Assembly: GCA_964653855.1 (NCBI GenBank)
Contig: CAZZFV010000004.1
Location: forward strand, 5,899-69,898
Length of the DNA stretch: 64,000 nt
Reading direction: 5' to 3'
Source of the DNA: an uncultured Lachnospiraceae bacterium
Lineage (GTDB): Bacteria; Bacillota; Clostridia; Lachnospirales; Lachnospiraceae
The translations under genes and the position numbers were made by a program. Under the pieces are notes generated by a model, which ran no database searches, was not told where the DNA came from, and saw nothing but the letters and a program-made list of their open reading frames with translations. Positions 55,347 to 64,000 of the stretch are shown piece after piece (the first letter of the stretch is position 1; each line of letters opens with the position of its first letter).

Positions 55347-57650
55347 TCAATCGACTTTTTTGAGATTTGCAAACTGCGAAAGCATCTTCTTTACGCCGAA
55401 TTTTTCGAATTCAACGGTAACTTCATAGTCCTTACCGCCCTTCACAATCGACTGAACGATACCTTTACCGAACTTAATATGTTTTACCGTATCTCCTTCC
55501 GCATAAGCAAGATTTGCATCACCTACGGATTGATTTATGATCTTACCGTAATTTAAAGAATAAGGCTCTACAGCCAGATCATCTCCGTCATGACGCTTGT
55601 ATCCGTCGTCTCCGTTTGCCTTTGTGTAAGCCGGTGTCGCTTTTTTGATTTCGTTATCCATATCTCTTCTCCTCCCAAAATTATTTACTTTGTCGGCTCC
55701 GATATCGAGCATATATCTCGGTATCTCGTCTATAAACCTTGACTGTTTGTTGTATTGTGATTCTCCGTAAAGACGGCGTGTCCTTGCGGATGACAAAAAA
55801 AGTTCTTTTCTCGCTCTTGTTATGCCCACATAACAAAGGCGTCTTTCTTCTTCGATTTCTTCCCGTGAATCGCTCGCATAAATCGACATTGAGCTTGGGA
55901 ACAGGCCTTCTTCCATTCCCACAAGAAAAACATAAGGAAACTCAAGTCCCTTGGCATTGTGAAGAGTCATGAGGGAAACATAATTCTTTTCGTCCTCTTC
56001 TTCACCTGATGCCGCTTCCTCGGAATTGAGTCCGCAATATTCCAAAAATCCCGTGAGATCCGCCGAATCCTCTTCCGCTTCGTATTTGGCGGCATAAGAT
56101 ACAAGAGCCTCAATATTTTGAACTCTTTCGTCCGCGGTTTCCGGATCGTCTTCTTTTAAGTATTCGATATAGCCCGTCTCATCAAGAATTCTCTTTATGA
56201 GATTCTTTATGAGGATTCCCGTTTGTTCTTTTTCGTGTCTCAGGCTTTCAATCAAAGCGACAAAAGATTTTATTTTGACACCCGCACGTTCCGCACCCGG
56301 AATAAAATCTGCACGCGCAAGACCTTCGTAGAACGAAATCTCATTGCTTACGGAATATGCCGAAATCTTTTCTATCGTTGTGGTTCCGATTCCTCGCTTC
56401 GGCACATTTAATATTCTTTTTGTCGCAATATCGTCTTTTGCGTTGTCGATTGTCTTAAGATAAGCGATTACGTCTTTAATTTCGCGTCTTTCAAAGAAGC
56501 TTACGGTACCTATAGTCTTCGCTTTAATATCGTTACTTCTCATTGCTTTTTCAAAAGAAAGCGACTGAGCATTCGTTCTGTAAAGAACGGCAAAATCCTT
56601 ATATTCGGCATTTTCCGTTCTCATCAATTCTTTAATTTTTCCGGCGACCCTATCCGCTTCCGCACTTTCGTCTTCGTACATATTATAATGTACGTTTTTG
56701 CCGGACGGATTGGAAGTCCAAAGCTTTTTTTCTTTTCTTTCCGTATTGTTCTTTATAACTTCGTTTGCGACACTCAAGATTTCGGGCGTCGAACGGTAAT
56801 TTTGTTCAAGCTTTATGACACGTGCGTCCTTGTAAACCGCATCAAAATTTATGATGTTTTTGATGTTTGCGCCGCGGAATTTGTAAATCGACTGGTCGTC
56901 ATCACCCACAACGCAAATGTTTCTTTCCGTTACGCCCTCATCGTTTACATGACACGCAAGAAGCCTTATAAGCTCGAATTGAGCCGTATTGGTGTCCTGG
57001 TACTCGTCAACCATGATATAGCAGAATCTGTTTCGGTAATATTTAAGTACGTCGGGATTCGTCTTAAAAAGTTCGACGGTTTTGCAAATCAAATCGTCAA
57101 AATCAAACGCATTGCTTTGTTTTAATTGCTTTTCGTATTCGGCATACAATGACGCAATCCTTTTTTCGTTGTAATCGTAAGCCGTTTTGGCAAATTCTTC
57201 GGGGCCCACAAGTTCATCCTTCGCGTGGGAAATCGCATTTAAAACCGTTTTTTCCTTTAATTGCTTGGGATCGATGTTTTGCCTCTTCAAAATGTTTTTC
57301 ATGAGCGACTTTTGATCGTCGGAATCATAAATCGTAAAGCTTCTTTCATATCCTATATATTCGCAAAAGCGTCTCAAAATCTTTACGCACGTAGAGTGGA
57401 ATGTGGATACCCAAATGTACTCACTTCCTTCTCCGACCGTCTGCGCCACTCTTTCCTTCATTTCCTTTGCGGCCTTGTTTGTAAACGTTATTGCGAGAAT
57501 TTGATACGGAGAAACGTTTCGTTCTTTTATGAGCCATCCTATACGTTCCGTCAAAACTCTCGTTTTTCCGCTCCCCGCTCCCGCAAGTATAAGAAGCGGT
57601 CCCTTGTCGTGATGAACCGCAAGCTGTTGTTCCGTATTAAGTGTCAGCAT
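55347..57650 (-). CDS. pcrA: ATP-dependent DNA helicase PcrA (UvrD family)
   Basis: LNTEQQLAV...LILAGAGSGKTRVLTERI, VDEYQDTN, and a C-terminal Tudor-like tail. GGGAG SD lies before the ATG at 57650. Confidence 0.95.
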   Translation of the reverse strand: MLTLNTEQQLAVHHDKGPLLILAGAGSGKTRVLTERIGWLIKERNVSPYQILAITFTNKAAKEMKERVAQTVGEGSEYIWVSTFHSTCVKILRRFCEYIGYERSFTIYDSDDQKSLMKNILKRQNIDPKQLKEKTVLNAISHAKDELVGPEEFAKTAYDYNEKRIASLYAEYEKQLKQSNAFDFDDLICKTVELFKTNPDVLKYYRNRFCYIMVDEYQDTNTAQFELIRLLACHVNDEGVTERNICVVGDDDQSIYKFRGANIKNIINFDAVYKDARVIKLEQNYRSTPEILSVANEVIKNNTERKEKKLWTSNPSGKNVHYNMYEDESAEADRVAGKIKELMRTENAEYKDFAVLYRTNAQSLSFEKAMRSNDIKAKTIGTVSFFERREIKDVIAYLKTIDNAKDDIATKRILNVPKRGIGTTTIEKISAYSVSNEISFYEGLARADFIPGAERAGVKIKSFVALIESLRHEKEQTGILIKNLIKRILDETGYIEYLKEDDPETADERVQNIEALVSYAAKYEAEEDSADLTGFLEYCGLNSEEAASGEEEDEKNYVSLMTLHNAKGLEFPYVFLVGMEEGLFPSSMSIYASDSREEIEEERRLCYVGITRARKELFLSSARTRRLYGESQYNKQSRFIDEIPRYMLDIGADKVNNFGRRRDMDNEIKKATPAYTKANGDDGYKRHDGDDLAVEPYSLNYGKIINQSVGDANLAYAEGDTVKHIKFGKGIVQSIVKGGKDYEVTVEFEKFGVKKMLSQFANLKKVD

Positions 57651-57768
57651 CAAAACTCCCCTTTATCTTTCCCGTATAAAAATTGCCGATCGTATAAAAC
57701 GACCAGCATTTTTAATTATAATCGGATTTCATTTTTGTTCATGGCGCATAAACGCACCTTAAAATCAA

Positions 57769-57990
57769 TTATTCCTCAAACTCATCCTGTGTAACTTCGA
57801 TGTCTTTGTATTTTTCTCTTACAAGCAATCTGTAAACGGTATAACAAATCGTAAAAACAATCGTTGAAAATCCCACAAACGCGAGTGCAACCTCGAGCGG
57901 ATTTTTCTTTTCTTTTTTCACAACTTTGTTTCCTTTAAGTGCATTAACAAGATCGGTATTGGTTTTAATAAGCTCATCCATACCCGTCAT
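57769..57990 (-). CDS. Small single-pass membrane protein, unknown function
   Basis: One TM (LEVALAFVGFSTIVFTICYTVY). AGAGGTG SD lies 6 nt before the ATG at 57990. Confidence 0.5.
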   Translation of the reverse strand: MTGMDELIKTNTDLVNALKGNKVVKKEKKNPLEVALAFVGFSTIVFTICYTVYRLLVREKYKDIEVTQDEFEE

Positions 57991-58081
57991 AATTGTCACC
58001 TCTGTCTTAAGTCAAATCCGAAACCTTATGTTTGATTTTAATATCTAAACCCGAAACTGTCAATCACGAACTTACTTCAAA

Positions 58082-59227
58082 TCATGATTTTTTCGGTTCC
58101 AAAATATTCAAAACCGGATTCTTTAATTTTCCTTCCTTTTTTATGCTTTGCTGTGCTTCTTTAAAGAAAGAATCGGCACATTTCTTGAGTGTTGCCTTTT
58201 CCTCTTTGTCAAGCTCCAGGTATTTTTTAAACATTCCTTTAAATGTCTTAAAAAGATTTGCGTTTATTTCATCGACGGTAAAAGCGTCATTTGCGGAAAG
58301 CATCTTAAAAAGCGTTTCCGTAAATTGTTCACGATCCGCTTGCGAAAGTTCCCTAAGCCAGTTTCTCATCGTCTCGTCAAAAATTTTTCCGACCGACTTA
58401 AGTTCATTCGCCGTAACAAAATCTTTTCCCAAAACCCGCCATGTGCCCGCATCATGCTGCAGCACACCTTTGGCGGAACTTTTTACTATTGTGAATCTGC
58501 TGAGATCGTTCATTATGGCACCGACTATCGATTCGTCGGGCGTAAACCATTCGGTTTTCGGAAAAATATCGTTTCTGCCGTCCCCAAGGACATTTTCGTC
58601 CATAAAGCCGGGGCCGTCAAAATTATATACCTTTTGAATTCTCGCACGCACGTTCTTTTTTGCCTTACATGCCGCATAAACGGCCAGATTACCGCCCTTT
58701 GAATGACCGGCGATATAAATTTTCCCTCTGACTTTCGACGCGATTTCGTTTAAATAATTGAGAGCTTTTTCCTGAGCCGGAACCGCATTCATGAACGACA
58801 TGTTAAAGTCTTCCTTCCAGCCGATAAGATGCTCGTCCGTACCGCGATATGCGATAATATATGTTTTCGGAGCCGCTTCAACGGTAACGGCCGAAAATTG
58901 GGAATCTATCTTCGTAACGATCTCGTTTCTGTGGCAAAACATGCGCATCAAGGAAAATCTTTCCGATGCGGCACATTCTTTTAACAAGAGTCCCGCCGTC
59001 TTCGTAAACGAATTGGATTCTTTCATTATCTTTTCGATGTCATTGTTTTTTAAAAAGACATCCGCCGTCTTTTTGACCGTCGCGAAAGCAGAATTGTCGG
59101 ACGGAACTATTCCTTGCATGTCAATATAGGAAAGCCACGAAAAAATCAGGCAATCAATCTTGTTTACGGGATCAACACTCACCTTTATGTCCCCGCGCCA
59201 TTTGACATAGTCAAAAAAATCCGCCAT
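58082..59227 (-). CDS. DUF2974 (Mbeg1-like) alpha/beta-hydrolase-fold protein
   Basis: Nucleophile elbow IAGHSKGGNLAVYAA. AAGGAG SD lies 7 nt before the ATG. Confidence 0.7.
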   Translation of the reverse strand: MADFFDYVKWRGDIKVSVDPVNKIDCLIFSWLSYIDMQGIVPSDNSAFATVKKTADVFLKNNDIEKIMKESNSFTKTAGLLLKECAASERFSLMRMFCHRNEIVTKIDSQFSAVTVEAAPKTYIIAYRGTDEHLIGWKEDFNMSFMNAVPAQEKALNYLNEIASKVRGKIYIAGHSKGGNLAVYAACKAKKNVRARIQKVYNFDGPGFMDENVLGDGRNDIFPKTEWFTPDESIVGAIMNDLSRFTIVKSSAKGVLQHDAGTWRVLGKDFVTANELKSVGKIFDETMRNWLRELSQADREQFTETLFKMLSANDAFTVDEINANLFKTFKGMFKKYLELDKEEKATLKKCADSFFKEAQQSIKKEGKLKNPVLNILEPKKS

Positions 59228-59253
59228 TCAATTACTCCTTTCAAATGAAAAAA

Positions 59254-60423
59254 TCAATTTTTTGTTCCGAAAGTAATATCAAATGTTTTCTCGACATAAG
59301 TGCCCTCAGTCCTGATTTTTACGGTAACCGTGCCTTCGGTGTTTCCTCTCGTACACGAAATTATCTTTTCGTATCCTTCCTGACTGTTTATCGTTATGCC
59401 GTTAATTTTTGTGATAATCATGCCTTCCGTAAGCCCTGCTTTTTCGGCGGGCGAATCGGACTTGATTTCTTTAATGTATATACCTCTCGGCATATTGTAT
59501 GCCGTTGCGTAATCTTTTGTTATAACCTGCCCCACAATACCTATGTAAGCCTGCTCGCTTTCCGGGATTTCCGTCATATTCATGAGGCTCTCGATAATCG
59601 GAATTGCGGTCGAACACGGTATCGCATAACATATGCCTTCAACGCTCTCATCCGCAATTTTTGCGTTATTTATTCCTATAAATTCGCCTCTCGAATTTAA
59701 AAGCGCACCGCCGGAGTTACCGGGATTTATCGCAACATCTGTCTGAATAAGCGACATCGTGTATTCGTCAACCGTAACCTCGCGATTTACGGCGCTTACA
59801 TAGCCGACCGTCACCGACTGTCCGTATCCGAGTGCGTTTCCTATCGCAATAACCATTTCGCCGGGGCAAAGGCTCTCAGAATCACCGAATGTCGCAACCT
59901 TAATCGCCGCAAGGGTTTCTATCGACAAATCCGAAACCTTGACGGAAACCACAGCCAAATCCTCCGACTCGTCGCTTGCCTTAACTTCAGCCTCTGCGGT
60001 CGATTCGTCGATAAAATTTACGGAAACCGAAACCGCGTCTTCGACAACGTGATAATTGGTTGCAATAAGTATTTCGCCGTTGTTTTGCGCCGCAATGATA
60101 CCCGACGCGTTTGACGTTGTTTCATAAGCATATGTTCTTCCGAACATGTCGTACTTGTATGTCACGCCCGAAACGTTTATCGCAACAAGTGCGGGCATTG
60201 CGTCACTTGCGATCTTTGAAACGCCGTTCCCGTTTTCTTGTGTCGATACTTTGCTTTCGCTTGCCGCAGAACTATATTGCTCCTGCAATTTTTCATATTT
60301 TTTTACTACAGCGTCAATTTCTTTTTTGTACTTTGCGTATTTGATTCCCGCAAATGCCATACCGCATACGGCACCGGTAGCAATCGCACATATTATATAT
60401 TTCCAAACAGATTTCATATTCAT
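59254..60423 (-). CDS. htrA: HtrA/DegP-family serine protease with N-terminal TM anchor and C-terminal PDZ domain
   Basis: TNYHVV (His), D in the DLAVV motif, GNSGGALLN (Ser). The ATG at 60417 has better SD spacing than the one at 60423. Confidence 0.9.
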   Translation of the reverse strand: MNMKSVWKYIICAIATGAVCGMAFAGIKYAKYKKEIDAVVKKYEKLQEQYSSAASESKVSTQENGNGVSKIASDAMPALVAINVSGVTYKYDMFGRTYAYETTSNASGIIAAQNNGEILIATNYHVVEDAVSVSVNFIDESTAEAEVKASDESEDLAVVSVKVSDLSIETLAAIKVATFGDSESLCPGEMVIAIGNALGYGQSVTVGYVSAVNREVTVDEYTMSLIQTDVAINPGNSGGALLNSRGEFIGINNAKIADESVEGICYAIPCSTAIPIIESLMNMTEIPESEQAYIGIVGQVITKDYATAYNMPRGIYIKEIKSDSPAEKAGLTEGMIITKINGITINSQEGYEKIISCTRGNTEGTVTVKIRTEGTYVEKTFDITFGTKN

Positions 60424-60476
60424 ATCACCTTCCGTTTCGTTTAAACATTAACACGAAAGTATGAAAGAAATGTGTA

Positions 60477-61817
60477 TTAATTATTTTGCTTTTCAAAAAA
60501 TTCCCGGACTTCGGATGCCATATAAAGAGAGCCGAGACAAAGCAAAATATCGTTTTCTTTTGCGTCGGAAATTGCGAGCTTTATGCCGGAAGAAACATCT
60601 CCGCCCGATTTAATCGTATTTACGCTGTCACCGCAAACTTTTTTGGTGAGCGAAAACAAATCCTCACACTTCATTGCCCTGTTGTAAACGGGTTCGACGC
60701 ATATTATTTCGTTTGCGATTTCCGATAAGATTTTTAGAATTCCCTCTACGTCTTTATCCGCCATAACACCGAATACGCATATTACGTTGGGCCTATTTTC
60801 CTTATATTCCTTTAAGCACGAAATTATTGTGTCAACGGTTGCACGCATTCCTTGCGGATTATGTGATCCGTCCACAAATGTAAGCGGATGCTCGTTTATT
60901 TTTTCGAGTCTCGCAATCCATTTGAATTCTTTAAGACCCATGTAGACTGCCGAGTCCGGAATATCATATCCGCGTCTTCTGAGTGCTTTAATGCCTTCTG
61001 TAACAACGGCCGCATTTTTTCTTTGATAGCTCCCTATCATATTCATTTGAATATCGTTAAATCCGCCGTACGAAAAAATCTGACACGACAAATCGGCGCG
61101 TTTTACCGCAATATCGTTAAAATCGGGGACTGTAAGACTTGAGCCTGTTTCTTCACATTTCTTTTTAATTTCCGGTAAAGCGTCATGCTCTTCACCGTAA
61201 AATACTACTTCGGAGCCTTTTTTAATTATTCCGGACTTTGTTCTTGCGATTTCACCGACCGTATTTCCCAGATATTGCATATGGTCAAGGCCGATATTTG
61301 TGAGGATCGTGAGTTCGTTTTTTAGGATCACATTTGTCGCGTCAAACTCACCGCCCATGCCCACTTCAAGTACCACGATATCGCAATTTGTTTCAAGAAA
61401 ATACAAAAACCCGATTACCGTGACAACCTCAAACTCGGACGGCGGCTCTTCCATTAAATCAATCGCACTTTTTACTTTCTCCGTAAGTCTTGCGAGACTT
61501 TCATCGGGAATTTCCCTAAATCCGGGGAGTGTCTCCGATTCCGCATTTTCATCGCTCACCATAATGCGTTCGTTAAAACGCATTATAAAGGGCGACGTAA
61601 AAAGTCCAACCTTATATCCCGCAAACTTCAGAATTTCCGCAGTCATTGCGGACACGGAACCTTTTCCGTTTGTGCCGCCGATATGAATAAATTTGAGGCT
61701 TTTTTCCGGATTTCCGGTTAAATTTAACAACTCGCGGGTTTTTGTAAGTCCGAGTTTTTTGCTCATCCAGCGAAGCCCGTGTATATATTCCAAAGCTTCT
61801 TTGACATTCATTTTCAT
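60477..61817 (-). CDS. folC: Folylpolyglutamate synthase/dihydrofolate synthase
   Basis: IHIGGTNGKGS; Mur-ligase pattern. Its start overlaps the upstream stop (ATGA). Confidence 0.92.
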   Translation of the reverse strand: MKMNVKEALEYIHGLRWMSKKLGLTKTRELLNLTGNPEKSLKFIHIGGTNGKGSVSAMTAEILKFAGYKVGLFTSPFIMRFNERIMVSDENAESETLPGFREIPDESLARLTEKVKSAIDLMEEPPSEFEVVTVIGFLYFLETNCDIVVLEVGMGGEFDATNVILKNELTILTNIGLDHMQYLGNTVGEIARTKSGIIKKGSEVVFYGEEHDALPEIKKKCEETGSSLTVPDFNDIAVKRADLSCQIFSYGGFNDIQMNMIGSYQRKNAAVVTEGIKALRRRGYDIPDSAVYMGLKEFKWIARLEKINEHPLTFVDGSHNPQGMRATVDTIISCLKEYKENRPNVICVFGVMADKDVEGILKILSEIANEIICVEPVYNRAMKCEDLFSLTKKVCGDSVNTIKSGGDVSSGIKLAISDAKENDILLCLGSLYMASEVREFFEKQNN

Positions 61818-64000
61818 TGCTCCCGTTTTTCCATATTTTCAAACGCCGTCGCAAGCATAAGCTTGATACGGTTAAGCTGGTTTACCTCGGATGCACCCGG
61901 GTCATAGTCAACCGCAACAATGTTTGCTTCCTTAAATGTGTTTCTGATTTCCTTGATTACACCTTTTCCGACAATATGATTCGGTAAGCATGCAAAAGGC
62001 TGGCAGCAAACAATATTCGTTACTCCCGAATGAATAAGCTCAATCATTTCGCCCGTCAAAAACCATCCTTCACCCGTCTGGTTACCCATCGAAACTATGG
62101 GAGAAGCATATTCCGCAAGTGTCGAAATCGGAACGGGCGCACTGAATCTCTTGCTGTTTTTGAATGCTTTTACGGCATCCTTACGCATAAATTCATAAAA
62201 CTTCACAATCATATTGTTGATTCGCATCGACTTCTTGGACTTGCCGAGCGCTTCATACTTAAAATTCGAGTTATACGAGCAATAAGACAAAAAGTCCATG
62301 AGATCCGGCATAACTGCTTCGGCGCCTTCTTTTTCAAGCAAATCGACAAGATAATTGTTTGCCGCCGGCAGGAATTTTACAAGAATTTCGCCCACAATTC
62401 CCACTCTCGGCTTCTTTATGTCCTTAAGCGGAATTTCATCAAATTCCTTAATGATTTGCCGAACATTTCTTCTAAAATCCCTAAAATGACCCGTTTGAAC
62501 CTGTTCTATGCATATCCTCTTCCATTTTTCATGAAGCCTGTTGACGCTTCCCTTTTCCAGTTCATACGGTCTTGTCCTGTAAACGACTCGCATAAATATG
62601 TCGCCGTAAACAAGCGCCTGCATAGCCCGGATAATCATTTTGGGTTCCAAACTGAATCCCGGATTCTTTTCTATACCGGAAGTGCTAAGCGATATAACCG
62701 GCACCTGTTCCATTCCGGCTTTTTTGAGTGCTCTTCTTATAAACGCAATGTAGTTTGTCGCTCTGCATCCGCCGCCCGTTTGGGTTATGATTACGGCGGT
62801 TTTGTTTAAGTCATATTTTCCCGATTGCAAAGCTTCTATCATTTCTCCGACGATAAGAAGCGACGGATAACATGCATCGTTGTTTACATATTTAAGTCCG
62901 ATATTTATCGTGTCACGCGTGGGCTGCGGAAGCTCAACAATATTAAGTCCGCACGACTTCATTGCGGGTGCGATTATGTCAAAATGAATAGGAGTCATTT
63001 GAGGAATAAGAACGTTGTAGGTTTTTCTCATTTCCTCCGTAAAAATAACTCTGTGGTAAGCCGCATCGTTTACTTTGTTTGTGATGCCCTTTTGCTTTCT
63101 GTCGTTGATTGCGGAAAGCAATGACCTGATTCTTATCCTTGCCGCACCTAAGTTACTTACTTCGTCGATTTTAAGCATCGTGTAAATCTTACCCGATCCC
63201 GTAAGTATATCCGCAACCTGGTCGGTCGTAACGGCATCCAGTCCGCATCCGAACGAGAAAAGCTGTATAAGGTTAAGATTCGGATTTTCGCGAACATACG
63301 AAGCCGCAGCATAAAGTCTTGAGTGATACATCCACTGGTCTACAACGATAGTAGGCCTGTCCGTCTTTGCAAGATGCGAAACCGAATCTTCCGTAAGCAC
63401 GGCTACACCGTAAGAATTGATAAGTTCCGGTATTCCGTGGTTGATTTCGGGATCTATATGATAAGGACGTCCGGCAAGAACTATTCCCTCGCACTTATGT
63501 TCCTCAATATACTTAATCGTGGCTTCTCCGGCCTTTTTCATGTCATTTCTGGCATTTTGAAGCTCTGCCCAAGCCGCATGCGCCGCTTCCGTAACTTCGT
63601 CTTTCGGAATATTGTTTTCGGTTCCGAAAAATTTCACAAGACGGTTTGTGATGATTTCTTCCGACTCAAGCGAAACAAAAGGATTTTGATACTTAATCCC
63701 AAGCGTTTTTATCTCTTCGACATTATTCTTAATGTTTTCGCCGTATCCCGCAACCATAGGACAGTTGTAGTGGTCACCGGCTTCCGGAAACTCGATTCTT
63801 TCGTAGCTTACACAAGGGTAGAATATATATTTGACGCCTTCCTTTATAAGCCAGCTCACATGTCCGTGAGCAAGCTTTGCGGGATAACATTCCGATTCCG
63901 ACGGAATCGACTCAATTCCCATCTCGTATATCTTTTTTGAAGAAAGAGGCGACAAAACAACCCTGTATCCGAGATGCGTAAAAAACGTAAACCAGAAAGG
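61814..64000 (-). CDS. C-terminal part of a large acyl-CoA dehydratase activase-related protein (BadF/BcrA/HgdC-type ATPase plus DUF2229 architecture); the N-terminus lies beyond the right edge
   Basis: The frame stays open through 64000: the codons before the TTG at 63955 read PFWFTFFTHLGYRVVLSPLSSKKIY. ECYPAKLAHGHV is typical of this family. Confidence 0.75.
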   Translation of the reverse strand, partial: PFWFTFFTHLGYRVVLSPLSSKKIYEMGIESIPSESECYPAKLAHGHVSWLIKEGVKYIFYPCVSYERIEFPEAGDHYNCPMVAGYGENIKNNVEEIKTLGIKYQNPFVSLESEEIITNRLVKFFGTENNIPKDEVTEAAHAAWAELQNARNDMKKAGEATIKYIEEHKCEGIVLAGRPYHIDPEINHGIPELINSYGVAVLTEDSVSHLAKTDRPTIVVDQWMYHSRLYAAASYVRENPNLNLIQLFSFGCGLDAVTTDQVADILTGSGKIYTMLKIDEVSNLGAARIRIRSLLSAINDRKQKGITNKVNDAAYHRVIFTEEMRKTYNVLIPQMTPIHFDIIAPAMKSCGLNIVELPQPTRDTINIGLKYVNNDACYPSLLIVGEMIEALQSGKYDLNKTAVIITQTGGGCRATNYIAFIRRALKKAGMEQVPVISLSTSGIEKNPGFSLEPKMIIRAMQALVYGDIFMRVVYRTRPYELEKGSVNRLHEKWKRICIEQVQTGHFRDFRRNVRQIIKEFDEIPLKDIKKPRVGIVGEILVKFLPAANNYLVDLLEKEGAEAVMPDLMDFLSYCSYNSNFKYEALGKSKKSMRINNMIVKFYEFMRKDAVKAFKNSKRFSAPVPISTLAEYASPIVSMGNQTGEGWFLTGEMIELIHSGVTNIVCCQPFACLPNHIVGKGVIKEIRNTFKEANIVAVDYDPGASEVNQLNRIKLMLATAFENMEKREQ

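Overview
The window is low-GC, Firmicutes/Clostridia-like chromosomal DNA. About 55 of roughly 60 genes lie on the minus strand, so this is probably a leading-strand core region. Most content is conserved housekeeping:
- Replication and repair: polA (5' part), ruvAB, recG, pcrA.
- Ribosome and tRNA functions: rpmF/yceD, rpmB, rpsO, tmcAL, rsmD, rsmE.
- Central metabolism: pta-ackA, coaD, galKT, folC and a folT-like ECF S component.
- Heat shock: hrcA-grpE-dnaK-dnaJ behind two CIRCE operators.
- Envelope and transport: lepB, htrA, a GH3/GPH/AraC sugar locus, and a pair of ABC exporters.

I found one tRNA (Leu-CAA) and no rRNA, CRISPR array, transposase, integrase or phage genes.

The clearly accessory part is an AT-rich block at about 1378..6600, between polA and tRNA-Leu. 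It encodes a signal-anchored protein of unknown family, a MacB-type ABC system with two different FtsX permeases (one fused to an intact CPBP/Abi intramembrane protease), and an orphan zf-HC2 anti-sigma-like membrane protein. A perfect 43-bp repeat sits just upstream of both promoters in this block.

Other items worth a second look:
- A self-contained 29-codon hydrophobic-peptide unit.
- A structured 270-nt spacer carrying a terminator that points the wrong way.
- A SpoVK-type AAA+ gene translationally coupled to a GT2/GT-C/GT2 glycosylation set.
- Two YvyF-like zinc-ribbon paralogs.

All calls rest on reading the translations and the DNA by eye. No HMM or BLAST searches were run, and start codons and hairpin coordinates are hand-derived.
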